A stretch of DNA of 64,000 nt from an uncultured Acidobacteriota bacterium (GCA_963809485.1 CAWEJX010000016.1:87659-151658), one strand, 5' to 3'; shown: positions 9,237 through 19,127, numbered from the stretch's first letter. The notes: generated by a model from the letters alone, not told the origin. Made by a program: numbers and translations.

Positions 9237-9480
9237 GTCAGGTACCTCCGGCAAAGCCGGAGGCTTGTAAGATTTGAACCGCTCAAAGCGGTTGGAGGAG
9301 TTACGCCGATCCTAAACACCGACGCACGCTGAACGGACGCCGACCCACGCCGAAAAAAAATTAATATATTTTTTTCAGCGTATGTCAGCGTCATGTCAGC
9401 GTACGTCAGCGTTTCAAAATACGGAGCTGTCAAACTCTTTGAGTGCTCCGGCAGAGCCGGGGGTTTACCCATGCAATTAT
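9237..9480 (-). mobile_element. Non-autonomous IS200-ended element, copy A (244 bp)
   Basis: Terminal hairpins CCTCCGGCAAAGCCGGAGG and CTCCGGCAGAGCCGGGG; shared ends with copies at 18.6, 37.5 and 45.3 kb; no transposase. Confidence 0.8.
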
Positions 9481-9584
9481 CGCCCGGCGGGCGGCTCCGC
9501 TGGGATAAAAGCGCAAACCGGGTTCCGCCTAAAGCATCTGTGGAACGGGTTGACCGGCTGATGCGTGTATGTTCCAATGATTGA

Positions 9585-10004
9585 GTGGACTCGACAGGGA
9601 AAGTTCTGGCTGTGGACTACGGCGCAAGAAACATTGGGCTGGCTTATTGCGATGAGTTGGGCATGACGGTGCAACCTCTGGCGTCGATCCCCAACGCCGG
9701 GTGGAAGGATTTTATTCAAAGGATCAGAACCGCAATCGGAACCTTTGATATCCGGAAGCTTGTGATTGGAATTCCCCTGAATATGGACGGCACGCGCGGC
9801 GACCCGGCGGCCAGGATGGAGCGGCTGATGAAGGCGCTCCAGACTGCTCTGGAAATTCCAGTGGCCGGCGTGGACGAAAGGCTATCATCGGTTGACGCCG
9901 AAGAAATCTGGCGGAATATGAACGCGAAGCAGAGAAAGAAGTATCGCACGGCGGATTCTCTCGCCGCGGCACTGATTCTCGAAAGATACCTGAAGGAGAA
10001 ATAG
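9585..10004 (+). CDS. ruvX: Holliday junction resolvase-like RuvX/YqgF
   Basis: LAVDYG, GIPLNMDG, DERLSS, DSLAAALIL; upstream of mltG. Confidence 0.93.
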   Translation: MDSTGKVLAVDYGARNIGLAYCDELGMTVQPLASIPNAGWKDFIQRIRTAIGTFDIRKLVIGIPLNMDGTRGDPAARMERLMKALQTALEIPVAGVDERLSSVDAEEIWRNMNAKQRKKYRTADSLAAALILERYLKEK

Positions 10005-10006
10005 CT

Positions 10007-11059
10007 TTGCGACGCCTTTTATTCCTCCTTGTTGCCGCATTTTCCGCCGCCGTCCTCGGGCTGCTCCTTGCGATGGCCTGGCTTCGCTCGGAGCTCGAAA
10101 ACGCCTACTACAGTGGGACCGCCGAAGGCACCTTTGTAAACATACCGGCTGGCTCGAGCACCAATGAAGTCGCCCGGCTTCTGGCAAATGCCAAGGTTCT
10201 TCACACCGAGCTGCCTTTCAGACTTTACATGCGATTCACAGGGGACAGCCGCCGCATCCAGGCCGGAGAATACAGGTTTTCCGAACCCGCCACGCCGCGG
10301 CATGTCGCTCAGAGGCTGGTTCACGGGGACGTATATTACCGGTCCGTCACCATTCCGGAAGGATTGACTGCCCTAGAGACGGTGGAACTGCTGGCCGAGA
10401 AAGGATTGGGAAACCGGGCGGAACTGGAGCAGGCCCTGCTGCGGACCGAATGGATACGGGATCTGGACCCCGGCGCCAAAAATCTGGAGGGGTACCTTTT
10501 TCCCGAAACCTATCGTTTCGGCCGCAAAACCGAGCCCGAAGATGTTATCCAAGCCATGGTGCAACAGTTTCGCTCAAGATACTCGAGGATAGCGGCGCAA
10601 TCGCCGGCACACGCCCGCTTGAGCGTCCCGCAAATCGTCATTCTCGCATCCCTGATCGAGAAAGAGGTCAAGGATCCGGAAGAAGGTCCGCTGGTTGCAT
10701 CGGTTCTGGTCAACCGGCTGGAGAGGAAAATTCCGCTGGCGTGCGATGCAACCATCATTTATGCGATGAAGCTGGCAGGCGCCTATCGCGGCCGGCTGGG
10801 CAAGGCGGATCTGCAAATGGCATCACCCTATAACTCCTATTTGCATAACGGCCTGCCCCCCGGGCCGATCGCCAACCCGGGTGCCCGCTCCATCCGCGAC
10901 GCCCTGAATCCCGCCGAAACCAATTATCTATATTACGTGTCGCGGAATGACGGGACGCACCAGTTTTCCACCAATTACACATCCCATATCAATGCCGTGA
11001 ACCGGTATCAGAAGTCTCTGGCAGTCCGTCGGATAATGCAGGGCAAATCGGCACGGTAG
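10007..11059 (+). CDS. mltG: Endolytic transglycosylase MltG
   Basis: TIPEG, LEGYLFPETY, ASLIEKE, SPYNSY, GLPPGPIANPG. Confidence 0.96.
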   Translation: MRRLLFLLVAAFSAAVLGLLLAMAWLRSELENAYYSGTAEGTFVNIPAGSSTNEVARLLANAKVLHTELPFRLYMRFTGDSRRIQAGEYRFSEPATPRHVAQRLVHGDVYYRSVTIPEGLTALETVELLAEKGLGNRAELEQALLRTEWIRDLDPGAKNLEGYLFPETYRFGRKTEPEDVIQAMVQQFRSRYSRIAAQSPAHARLSVPQIVILASLIEKEVKDPEEGPLVASVLVNRLERKIPLACDATIIYAMKLAGAYRGRLGKADLQMASPYNSYLHNGLPPGPIANPGARSIRDALNPAETNYLYYVSRNDGTHQFSTNYTSHINAVNRYQKSLAVRRIMQGKSAR

Positions 11060-11084
11060 CGCGGACGGCTTTCGGTCGCCCGCA

Positions 11085-11474
11085 TTACTCTTGCAGCGGT
11101 TCCTGAGGCTTTTTGAGCTCTTCCGGGAGAAGCTCATGGACCTTCTGCGCAAACTTCAGGAAGCACTCCAGAGTGCTTTCTGTTCCCCATTGTTTGGCGG
11201 CTTCCGGGTCCAGGGGTTCATCCTCGTTCATGTCCAGCATGTGAAGAAGATGCTCATGCTCTGAGCGATTGAGGGGGCAATCCAGAGCCAGGCAATGCTC
11301 CGCGGTATGGCAGGACTCGTCGTTGACGAAGACATGGGCTATGAACTGGCGGCGCACCGGGTCGTTGCCAATGTACATGTGGCGAACTTTCCCGGTATAT
11401 CCGCAGATTGCCACGGAAAACTCCTGCCCGGTCGGCAGGTTGTAGTCGACCCAATTGGTGGAATATTTGGCCAT
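11085..11474 (-). CDS. Hypothetical protein with Cys/His cluster
   Basis: 129-aa ORF from ATG 11474 with upstream GGAG; CHTAEHCLALDCPLN. Confidence 0.65.
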   Translation of the reverse strand: MAKYSTNWVDYNLPTGQEFSVAICGYTGKVRHMYIGNDPVRRQFIAHVFVNDESCHTAEHCLALDCPLNRSEHEHLLHMLDMNEDEPLDPEAAKQWGTESTLECFLKFAQKVHELLPEELKKPQEPLQE

Positions 11475-11684
11475 AAAAAGTTCAGCTTTCTCCGATTTCG
11501 CAGGTGAATATCCATCGGCGAACAATACGGCTACTTTCCACCCAAGGATACAGATATCAGCCGGCATATGCAACAAACCATTGATAATCCGGCCGATGCA
11601 CCCCAGTTGTCAGCCTTTGTCCGCGCTATTCAAACCCGGAGATTCGGCTCTCAATCAGCTCGATCCGCTCTGCTCCTCGAAAGA

Positions 11685-11713
11685 TTGACTTGAACCGAGG
11701 CCGGTGTTACATT
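11685..11713 (+). promoter_or_regulatory. Sigma70-type promoter
   Basis: TTGACT-17 nt-TACATT with TG extension; implies the downstream CDS starts after the track's 11690. Confidence 0.55.
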
Positions 11714-11761
11714 CTCTGCGTGCGCTTACATTTACCGGAATTATATCGCCTTGGGGGCAAG

Positions 11762-12334
11762 TTGTTGGTGTTTGCGGAGTTATTGCTGTGCGGACTCGGC
11801 ACCGTCATGCTGTACGCGCAGACGCAAAAGCCCAACCTGCCGGACCCGGTCAAGTTTGTAAATAAAATCGACATTGTTGCCAATGTGGTTCGAGACGTAT
11901 TTGAGGATATGGACCTCAAAATAGAGCTCGAAGACCGGAAAGGCGGAATTATTACCACCCGCCCCTCTGAATTCATCACGGGCTCTTTGACCTCGAGCGA
12001 GGTCGATAAGGTTGCCATCAAAAAAGATACGGTCACGGGCAGCTGGCTCAAAGCGCGCTATTCGGCCGAAGCCCTTATGGAGATAATCTCTCCGACCGAG
12101 ACCATGCTCACGATCCGCACAAAAATGGAGGCGTTGAACCGGGATGTTGACGGGACCGAAAAATGGTTGCCGCTCGATTCCCTGGGTACCTATGAAAAAC
12201 GCATCCTCGGGAAAATAAGCATGAAATTGCTGGGCAATGAAGCGCCCGCGAGTCAAAAAAAGGGATTCTGGGGCAAAAGCCCGCAGCCGGTCGATCCCAG
12301 GCAGCCCAGATTTCCCACAGGCCCATCCAGGTAA
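11762..12334 (+). CDS. Hypothetical exported protein (start uncertain)
   Basis: Signal-peptide-like N-terminus ending in YAQ; soluble alpha/beta-type sequence. Confidence 0.65.
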   Translation: MLVFAELLLCGLGTVMLYAQTQKPNLPDPVKFVNKIDIVANVVRDVFEDMDLKIELEDRKGGIITTRPSEFITGSLTSSEVDKVAIKKDTVTGSWLKARYSAEALMEIISPTETMLTIRTKMEALNRDVDGTEKWLPLDSLGTYEKRILGKISMKLLGNEAPASQKKGFWGKSPQPVDPRQPRFPTGPSR

Positions 12335-12338
12335 CTTA

Positions 12339-13145
12339 TTGATCTCGATATTTTCGGACCCCAGAGTTTATCGAATCTTCTTCATAGCGCTTGCTGTCCT
12401 GATTGTCGCAGTCTTTTATCTCGTCTATCGAAACAAAGACAAGGGATTGAAGAAGGCAAAAGGGCGTGTTTTGCTTCTGAAGCTCGACAATGGGAAAACG
12501 CCGAAGGTCTCAAGCGCTGCTCCACAAGTCGAAAGCGAAGCCGTTAGCAAAGCCGTAAGCGAAGCCTTAAGCGAAGCCGTAAGCGCTGCCCCGCCGGAGG
12601 CTCCGGCGGATAGCGAAGCAACCTCGCAAGCGCCGGAAGAACCGGCGTTTATAACTCTGGATCGACATTCCAGGATGACGGCCGATCTGTTTCGCGCGCT
12701 CCTGGCACTGCTAAGCCTGGTAGTGGCGGCAGGACTAGTCCTGGTCCTGCTGCCGCAGCCCGCCGTCGATCGCGTGGCGGACCGCCTGCGGGCTCGGCAT
12801 GGGATTGCTCCGCCCGAGAAAATCGAATTTCTTTACCTGGGCGACGAAGTGAAGGGTACGGGCTTTTTGATCCGGGGAGTTGTGAGAAATATCTCCCCTG
12901 TTCCCATCGAGAAATTGGATGCGGCCGTGCGTTTCTACGCCCACGACGGCACGATGCTGGAAACAACCGTGGTCCGCATGAGCACAGAAACCATCGATCC
13001 GGGCAAGATAGCCCGTTTCGAATTGCTCTATCCAAACTACAGCGGGGAATTTGGAAGCTATTCGGTCGAGTTCAAGTTGCGCCAGGGCTCCCTCGTGCCT
13101 TATAAAGATATGCGTGCAACCAGGGCAGAACCGGTTAAGGACTAG
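12339..13145 (+). CDS. Hypothetical membrane protein with two TM segments and a C-terminal Ig-like (FxLYD/DUF3426-like) domain; start uncertain
   Basis: Two hydrophobic helices, Ala/Glu/Pro linker with a 12-bp EAVS repeat, GVVRNIS...VRFY...TIDPG beta pattern. Confidence 0.65.
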   Translation: MISIFSDPRVYRIFFIALAVLIVAVFYLVYRNKDKGLKKAKGRVLLLKLDNGKTPKVSSAAPQVESEAVSKAVSEALSEAVSAAPPEAPADSEATSQAPEEPAFITLDRHSRMTADLFRALLALLSLVVAAGLVLVLLPQPAVDRVADRLRARHGIAPPEKIEFLYLGDEVKGTGFLIRGVVRNISPVPIEKLDAAVRFYAHDGTMLETTVVRMSTETIDPGKIARFELLYPNYSGEFGSYSVEFKLRQGSLVPYKDMRATRAEPVKD

Positions 13146-13257
13146 AGTCGTGGAGTTTCCGGTTGCATGCGGACAATCCCCTCCTAGACTCAATAACACA
13201 GAGAGCTAAGGACCATCAGGCACAAATTCCAGCCAGGCCGGCGGATTCATCTCTTCC

Positions 13258-15015
13258 ATGACCGATAAGAAATACCCTCTTCTTTTTTTGCTGCCCTATC
13301 TGGGCAGATACCGCCTCAAGATAGCCTTGGGCTCTCTCATGGTGGTCATGACGGTCGTTGCCAGCATGTTTTCGCCCTGGGTGCTGAAATATGTCGTGGA
13401 TGGGCTCAAGCAGGATATTTCCAGGGACAAACTGCCCTACTACGCGGCGCTGATCCTGGGAATTTCGGTGGTGGAAGGTTTTTTCCGCTTCTGGATGAGG
13501 AGGATCCTGATCGGAGTGAGCCGGCTGGTCGAATTCGACCTTCGCAACGATTTCCTGGCTCATGTTCAGAAAATGTCCCTGTCCTTCCTGCAGTCGCGCA
13601 GCACGGGAGACATTATGTCCAGGGCCACCAACGACCTCAACGCAGTTCGATCGGTTCTCGGGCCGGGCATCATGTATTCCATGAACACCATTGCCCTGGT
13701 GATCATCAGCACGACCATCCTGTTGAACCTGAACTGGCAGTTGACGCTGATGGCTTACGTCCCGCTGGCCCTCGTATCGCTCACGGTCAAGAAAATCGGG
13801 AACCAGATTCACGATCGATTCGAGAGCATTCAGGAACAGTTCTCGAACCTGAGCACCAAAGCCCAGGAAAATATATCGGGAATTCGCGTCGTTAAGGCGT
13901 TTGCCAGGGAACAATCCGAAATGGATGAATTCGGGAGGCTCAATACCGAATATATCCGCCGGAATATATCGCTGATACGCCTCTGGGGGATTTTTTATCC
14001 CCTCATGACCGCGCTGATAGGAATGTCCTCGGTGGCGCTGCTCTGGTACGGCGGGCGCCAGGTTATCCAGGGCCGGCTGACCCTGGGTGAGTTTGTGGCT
14101 TTTATGGGCTACCTCGCCATGCTGAGCTGGCCCACCATAGCCGTGGGCTGGGTCATCAATATCTTTCAGCGCGGCGCCGCGTCCATGGGAAGGATGCTGG
14201 AAGTTATGCACGCGAAGCCGGAGATCCGGGATGAGGAGGGGGCCTCCGCCCCCGAGCCGGTTCAGGGCGCCTTGGAGATACGAAACCTGACCTTTCAATA
14301 CCCGAACTCCACAGGTCCGGCTCTTCGCGCCGTCAGCCTCTCGGCGCCGGCCGGGACGACTCTGGCCATCGTGGGGCACACCGGCAGCGGTAAGTCGACT
14401 CTTGTCAATCTGATCCCGAGGCTTTTCGATCCCCCGCCGGGGACGGTTTTTGTCGATGGCAAGGACATACGGCAGTGGCCCGTGTCGGAGCTGCGCAGGA
14501 ACATCGGCCATGTTCCCCAGGAAACGTTCCTGTTCTCGGATACCATCCGGGAAAACATCTCCTTTGGAGGCCGCTCGGGAATGACGGACACCGAGGTGGG
14601 GCAGGCGGCCAAAGCATCTCAGATCGCGGAGGACATCGAAACCTTCTCCAACCAGATGCAGACTTACGTGGGCGAACGGGGAATAACCCTTTCGGGGGGA
14701 CAGAAGCAGCGAGTAGCCATAAGCCGGGCGGTGGCAACCCTGCCCAAGATCCTGATCTTCGACGATTCTCTGTCGAATGTCGACACGTACACGGAAGAAA
14801 AAATTCTCGAACAGCTGACACGGATCATGCGGGACCGGACCACGATCCTGGTATCCCACCGGATCTCCACGGTCCGCAACGCGCATCAGATCGTGGTGCT
14901 GAAGGACGGCGCCATCGTGGAGCGCGGAACTCACGATTCGCTGATGGAATTGCAGGGCACATACGCGGAACTCTACAGAAAGCAGCTCCTCGAAGAGGAG
15001 CTGGCGACGACCTGA
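13258..15015 (+). CDS. ABC exporter half-transporter (MdlA-like)
   Basis: TMD plus GHTGSGKST, LSGGQKQR, degenerate Walker B FDDS. Confidence 0.93.
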   Translation: MTDKKYPLLFLLPYLGRYRLKIALGSLMVVMTVVASMFSPWVLKYVVDGLKQDISRDKLPYYAALILGISVVEGFFRFWMRRILIGVSRLVEFDLRNDFLAHVQKMSLSFLQSRSTGDIMSRATNDLNAVRSVLGPGIMYSMNTIALVIISTTILLNLNWQLTLMAYVPLALVSLTVKKIGNQIHDRFESIQEQFSNLSTKAQENISGIRVVKAFAREQSEMDEFGRLNTEYIRRNISLIRLWGIFYPLMTALIGMSSVALLWYGGRQVIQGRLTLGEFVAFMGYLAMLSWPTIAVGWVINIFQRGAASMGRMLEVMHAKPEIRDEEGASAPEPVQGALEIRNLTFQYPNSTGPALRAVSLSAPAGTTLAIVGHTGSGKSTLVNLIPRLFDPPPGTVFVDGKDIRQWPVSELRRNIGHVPQETFLFSDTIRENISFGGRSGMTDTEVGQAAKASQIAEDIETFSNQMQTYVGERGITLSGGQKQRVAISRAVATLPKILIFDDSLSNVDTYTEEKILEQLTRIMRDRTTILVSHRISTVRNAHQIVVLKDGAIVERGTHDSLMELQGTYAELYRKQLLEEELATT

Positions 15016-15017
15016 AT

Positions 15018-16826
15018 ATGGCAGCGGATATTCATGAAGATCAGGTTTTGGGCAAAGCCTACGATGCGCGGCTGATGCGGCGGCTTCTCGCCTATATCCG
15101 GCCCTATCGGGGATCGGCTTATCTTGCGATCCTTTGCCTGCTGGCCGGTTCGGCTTTTTCGGTCGTTCAGCCCTACCTCACAAAGGTCGCCATCGACCGG
15201 TATATTCGCGAAAACAACATGCATGGACTCAGCCAGGTGGCGGTCCTGTATGTGCTGACCCTTGTTCTGGTCTTTGGGCTGAGTTTCGGTCAGACATGGC
15301 TCATCAACCTCATGGGTCAGAAAATCATGCGCGACCTGCGCATGGAGCTCTTCCGTCACCTGCAGGTCATGGACGTAGCCTTCTTCGACAAAAATCCCGT
15401 CGGGCGGCTGATGACGCGCGTCACTACGGATGTAGATGCCCTGAACGAGCTGTTCACATCGGGCGTCATATCCGTTTTCGAAGACCTATTCATGCTTTCC
15501 GGGATCATCATTTCTCTCTTCCTGCTCAACTACAAGCTTGCACTCGCCATTTTCGCCATCCTTCCCTTCCTTGTCCTGGCCACGCTGATTTTCAAAATAA
15601 AGGTTCGCGACTCCTACCGGAATGTCCGGACGGCTATTGCGCGCATCAATGCCTTTCTGCAGGAGAACATAACCGGCGCAGCGGTCGTTCAGCTTTTCGG
15701 CCGCGAGCAGAAGCAGTACCAGCGGTTCACCCTGATCAACAAGGACCACCTCGACGCCAATTTGCAGTCCATATTCTACTATGCAATTTTCTATCCTATC
15801 CTTGAGGTGATCTCCGCTTCGGCCATAGCTCTCATCGTATGGTATGGCGGCCTCCAGGTGCTCGCCGGAGCCTTAACCCTGGGGACCCTCGTGGCATTTA
15901 TCCAGTATTCGGACCGGTTTTTCAGGCCGATCTCCGACATCAGCGAAAAATACACGATCCTTCAGTCCGCAATGGCCGCCTCCGAGCGCATTTTCAAGCT
16001 CCTGGACACAAAACCTGCCGTCGTTTCACCCGAAGCGCCCCGGGCTGCCGAGGTGAAAAACGGCAGCATCGAATTCCGCAACGTCCATTTCCATTACAAT
16101 CCCGGAGAACCGGTGCTCCGCGACATATCCTTCAGAGTGGCCCCGGGAGAAAAGGTCGCGGTCGTCGGCGCGACAGGCGCCGGCAAATCTACGATCATTG
16201 CCCTGCTGAACCGTTTCTATGACGTTCAGCAGGGGGATATCCTGGTGGATGGCGTAAGCATCAAGGACTTTGATCTCCAGGGTTTGAGGCGATCGATCGG
16301 CATCGTGCTCCAGGACGTTTTTCTGTTCTCCGGAAGCGTGTCTGAAAACATACGGCTCGGGAACCCGGACATCGACGATGCCCGGGTTCAGCATGCTGCC
16401 GAGACGGTTCACGCGGCCGGCTTCATAAGCAGGCTCGACCGGCAGTTCGCGTCAAAGGTCGGAGAGCGGGGATCGTCCCTTTCGGTGGGACAAAAGCAGT
16501 TGCTCGCGTTTGCGCGCGCCCTGGCCTACGATCCCAGGATACTGGTGCTGGATGAAGCGACCTCGAGCATCGACACGGAAACGGAGCTGTTGATACGGGA
16601 CGCACTGGAAAAACTCCTGGCAGGCAGGACCTCGATCATCATCGCCCACAGGCTCTCCACGGTTCAAAACGCCGACCGCATCATAGTTCTTCATCGCGGC
16701 CGTATCCGGGAAACCGGCACGCATCAGGAGCTGCTGCATCTGAGGGGAATCTACTGGAAGCTTTATCAGCTCCAGTACAAGGACCAGCCCGAATCCATCC
16801 TGCAATCCGCTCACCGCCTATCGTAA
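15018..16826 (+). CDS. ABC exporter half-transporter (MdlB-like)
   Basis: MAADIHED...GKAYD start; GATGAGKST, LSVGQKQ, LDEATS. Confidence 0.93.
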   Translation: MAADIHEDQVLGKAYDARLMRRLLAYIRPYRGSAYLAILCLLAGSAFSVVQPYLTKVAIDRYIRENNMHGLSQVAVLYVLTLVLVFGLSFGQTWLINLMGQKIMRDLRMELFRHLQVMDVAFFDKNPVGRLMTRVTTDVDALNELFTSGVISVFEDLFMLSGIIISLFLLNYKLALAIFAILPFLVLATLIFKIKVRDSYRNVRTAIARINAFLQENITGAAVVQLFGREQKQYQRFTLINKDHLDANLQSIFYYAIFYPILEVISASAIALIVWYGGLQVLAGALTLGTLVAFIQYSDRFFRPISDISEKYTILQSAMAASERIFKLLDTKPAVVSPEAPRAAEVKNGSIEFRNVHFHYNPGEPVLRDISFRVAPGEKVAVVGATGAGKSTIIALLNRFYDVQQGDILVDGVSIKDFDLQGLRRSIGIVLQDVFLFSGSVSENIRLGNPDIDDARVQHAAETVHAAGFISRLDRQFASKVGERGSSLSVGQKQLLAFARALAYDPRILVLDEATSSIDTETELLIRDALEKLLAGRTSIIIAHRLSTVQNADRIIVLHRGRIRETGTHQELLHLRGIYWKLYQLQYKDQPESILQSAHRLS

Positions 16827-17028
16827 ATGTAACGTGCCTGTTTGGATGGTCCAGGAATCAGGTGGGGCCTACCCAGGCTGAAAAAACGCCGACGTACGCT
16901 GATTATTTTATGCTTTGAAGCTCAGGTCAAAAAACCGCCCAAGCTCTTCCGACGGAAAGGCAATGGAAGATAAAACAGGAACCGAATGGCTGAATAGCGG
17001 CTATTTGTTTCTTTCTCCGCAATCATCC

Positions 17029-17061
17029 AATTCGTAATTCGTCATTCTTAATTCGTAATTC
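17029..17061. repeat. Heptamer tandem repeat (AATTCGT) x ~5
   Basis: aattcgt aattcgt cattctt aattcgt aattc abutting the sugar-transferase stop. Confidence 0.75.
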
Positions 17062-18501
17062 CTACCTAGCTCCTTTCCCGAACAATACCACCGGGAAAGT
17101 GCGCAGCAGTATTTTGAAGTCCAGCATCAAGGACCAGTTGTCGATGTAGTGGAGATCGAGTTTCATCCACTCGTGGAAATCGATTTCGTTGCGGCCGGAA
17201 ACCTGCCACAGGCAGGTGATCCCGGGCCGAACGGAGAGCCGCCGGCGCTGCCACCGTGTGTACTCCCGAACTTCCTCCGGAAGCGGCGCCCGGGGGCCGA
17301 CGAGGCTCATATCTCCCTTGAGCACATTCCAGAACTGCGGCCACTCGTCGATGGAACTCTTCCTCAGGAAGCGCCCCAGCGGAGTGACGCGAGGGTCATT
17401 GCGCATCTTAAAGACCGGGCCATCCATTTCGTTGAGATGCTTGATTTCCCAAAGCACGTCCTCCGCGCCATCGCGCATGCTCCGGATCTTGTACAGGACG
17501 AATTTGCGCCCATACAATCCGCACCGGACCTGGCGGTATATGGCAGGACCCCTCGATGTGACTTTCACCAGCAGGCAGATCAGGAAAATGAACGGAATCA
17601 GCACAATCAGCAGCGTTGCGGAGATGATTACGTCCATCACGCGCTTGATCCATAGCGAAGGAGCATGTTCGGGCGCAGAGCCGAAGGTGATCAGCGGAAT
17701 ATTCTCGAGGAACTCCATGGAAAGGCTGGTAACTTTTGCCGGGAAGAAATCCGCTGCCAGGCGCGCGCGGATTCCCTGCTCTTTGCACACTTCGAGAATT
17801 CCGTTCAGTCGATCCAGGTTCAGCCGGTCCCCGATGAATATGACCTCGTCGACGATATTGTTTTCTATGATCTGCGGCAGATCCTGTTCGCCTCCGAGAA
17901 TATCCCCCTCCGGCTTGACAGTGCCGGCGCTGCACACATCAACATATCCCAGGATCTTGAAGCCCCAATCGGAATACCGCGAAATGAGATCGCCCATTTC
18001 CCGGGCTTTCGCACCCGTCCCCAGGATGACGATATTTCGAAAATGCCTCGACGGGAAGAAAAGCCCTTTTCTCTTCGCATGCAGAAAAACAAGAAAACGG
18101 GCCAGAACGAGGAGCGCCGCCTGGTAAAAGACAAAAAGACCTATCAGCGGGCGGCTGAGGTTCAATTTCAAGGCGAAGGAGAGGAAGCCGAGGAAAAGCC
18201 ACAGGATCAGCGAACTTTCAAGGGCGATGCGCACCTTCTCCCAGCCGGAACGCCTTATCGAAATCCGGTAGAGCCCCAGCGAATAAGCGGCGGCCGACCA
18301 GCAGCCGGCCGCCAATATCACAATCCACAGATACCCGGCCGCCGGGAGCAGTTCGGGATTCAGCAAACGGTCCAGATCCTGGGGAAGAGCCCTGGACAGA
18401 TGGAGCCGGCTGAAATAAGCCAGGGGAAATGCCGCGCATGTCAGCAGCAAATCGGCGAAAAACTGAATCCTGTTATAAAATTTTGCGCGCTCTCGGAACA
18501 T
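17062..18501 (-). CDS. Polyprenyl-phosphate glycosylphosphotransferase (WcaJ/WbaP-type sugar transferase)
   Basis: KRVMDV, DPRVT, SIDEWPQFWNVLKGDMSLVGPR, PGITCLWQVSGRN. Confidence 0.95.
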   Translation of the reverse strand: MFRERAKFYNRIQFFADLLLTCAAFPLAYFSRLHLSRALPQDLDRLLNPELLPAAGYLWIVILAAGCWSAAAYSLGLYRISIRRSGWEKVRIALESSLILWLFLGFLSFALKLNLSRPLIGLFVFYQAALLVLARFLVFLHAKRKGLFFPSRHFRNIVILGTGAKAREMGDLISRYSDWGFKILGYVDVCSAGTVKPEGDILGGEQDLPQIIENNIVDEVIFIGDRLNLDRLNGILEVCKEQGIRARLAADFFPAKVTSLSMEFLENIPLITFGSAPEHAPSLWIKRVMDVIISATLLIVLIPFIFLICLLVKVTSRGPAIYRQVRCGLYGRKFVLYKIRSMRDGAEDVLWEIKHLNEMDGPVFKMRNDPRVTPLGRFLRKSSIDEWPQFWNVLKGDMSLVGPRAPLPEEVREYTRWQRRRLSVRPGITCLWQVSGRNEIDFHEWMKLDLHYIDNWSLMLDFKILLRTFPVVLFGKGAR

Positions 18502-18594
18502 ACTTTAATTCTTTCAGGACCGATGATTATAGCATAGCCAGGCTGATGCGGCCTCCATCGGCGCAAAGCATCGAATGCCGGCCAAAGCGCCTGT

Positions 18595-18996
18595 GTCAGC
18601 TGCTTCCGGCAAAGCCGGAGGCTTGAAAGATTTGAACCCCTCAAAGCGGTTGGAGGAACTACGACGGTCTTGAACGCTGACTTACGCGGGCAAAAGCCGA
18701 TGAGGCGCTTCCGATCCCCGCAGGGGCCAGCGCTCCGCGCTGGACAGTTTTCTGCGGCGGCACTGTGGCAAGCGCCGTGCGGCAAGGGGATGAAGGGTAT
18801 GAGAAACCGGGCGTTTGCCACAATGCCGCCGCAGAAAACTTCATCGGAAGCGCCTCATCGGCTTTTGCTCGCCGACCCACGCCGAACAAATCCGCGTTTG
18901 TCAGCGCTTTTGTCAGCGTTTCTCAGCGTTTCAAAATACCGAACCGTCAAACTCTTTGTGTCGCCCGGCAGAGCCGGGATTTACCAATGTAATTAT
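18595..18996 (-). mobile_element. Non-autonomous IS200-ended element, copy B (402 bp) with nested long hairpin cargo
   Basis: Same ends as copy A; internal inverted arms 18686-18872. Confidence 0.8.
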
Positions 18997-19023
18997 CTCC
19001 CGCTTCAACCGATTGCCTTCGGT

Positions 19024-19127
19024 ATCGGCGTTCGTCGGCGTTTTTCAGCGCCTGTCAGCGTCAAAGGATCCTGGAGCTGCCAGACTCTGCCGGTCCCCGG
19101 CGAAGCTGAGGGATTACCGATGGATTT
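19024..19127 (-). mobile_element. Degenerate partial copy (left end) of the same element
   Basis: cgtcggcgtt/cagcg repeats followed by ggagctgccagactct...ccccggcgaagctgaggg attaccgatg. Confidence 0.6.

Noticed and set aside
9313-9412. Possible CRISPR array in the repeat-rich spacers
   Set aside because: Units are 7-11 nt with no unique spacers, and there are no cas genes in the window.
9065-9584. ORFs with mutually similar peptides at 9.1-9.6, 18.4-19.3, 37.0-37.7 and 45.1-45.6 kb
   Set aside because: The similarity comes from the non-coding repeat element; no HUH/Y1 transposase motif and inconsistent frames.
13216-14934. 572-aa antisense ORF (similar ones at 3408-4430, 37980-39623, 40042-41466, 47269-48630, 57193-59841)
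   Set aside because: Each shadows a well-supported gene on the other strand; expected from GC-biased codon usage and has no recognisable motifs.
14475-15017. Long N-terminal extensions in the ORF track (ABC subunit B, SDR, VOC, nuoJ)
   Set aside because: They overlap upstream genes; homology and RBS positions support the later starts used here.
13258-16826. Degenerate ATPase motifs in the ABC pair
   Set aside because: Normal asymmetry of heterodimeric exporters of the TmrAB/BmrCD type; not novel.
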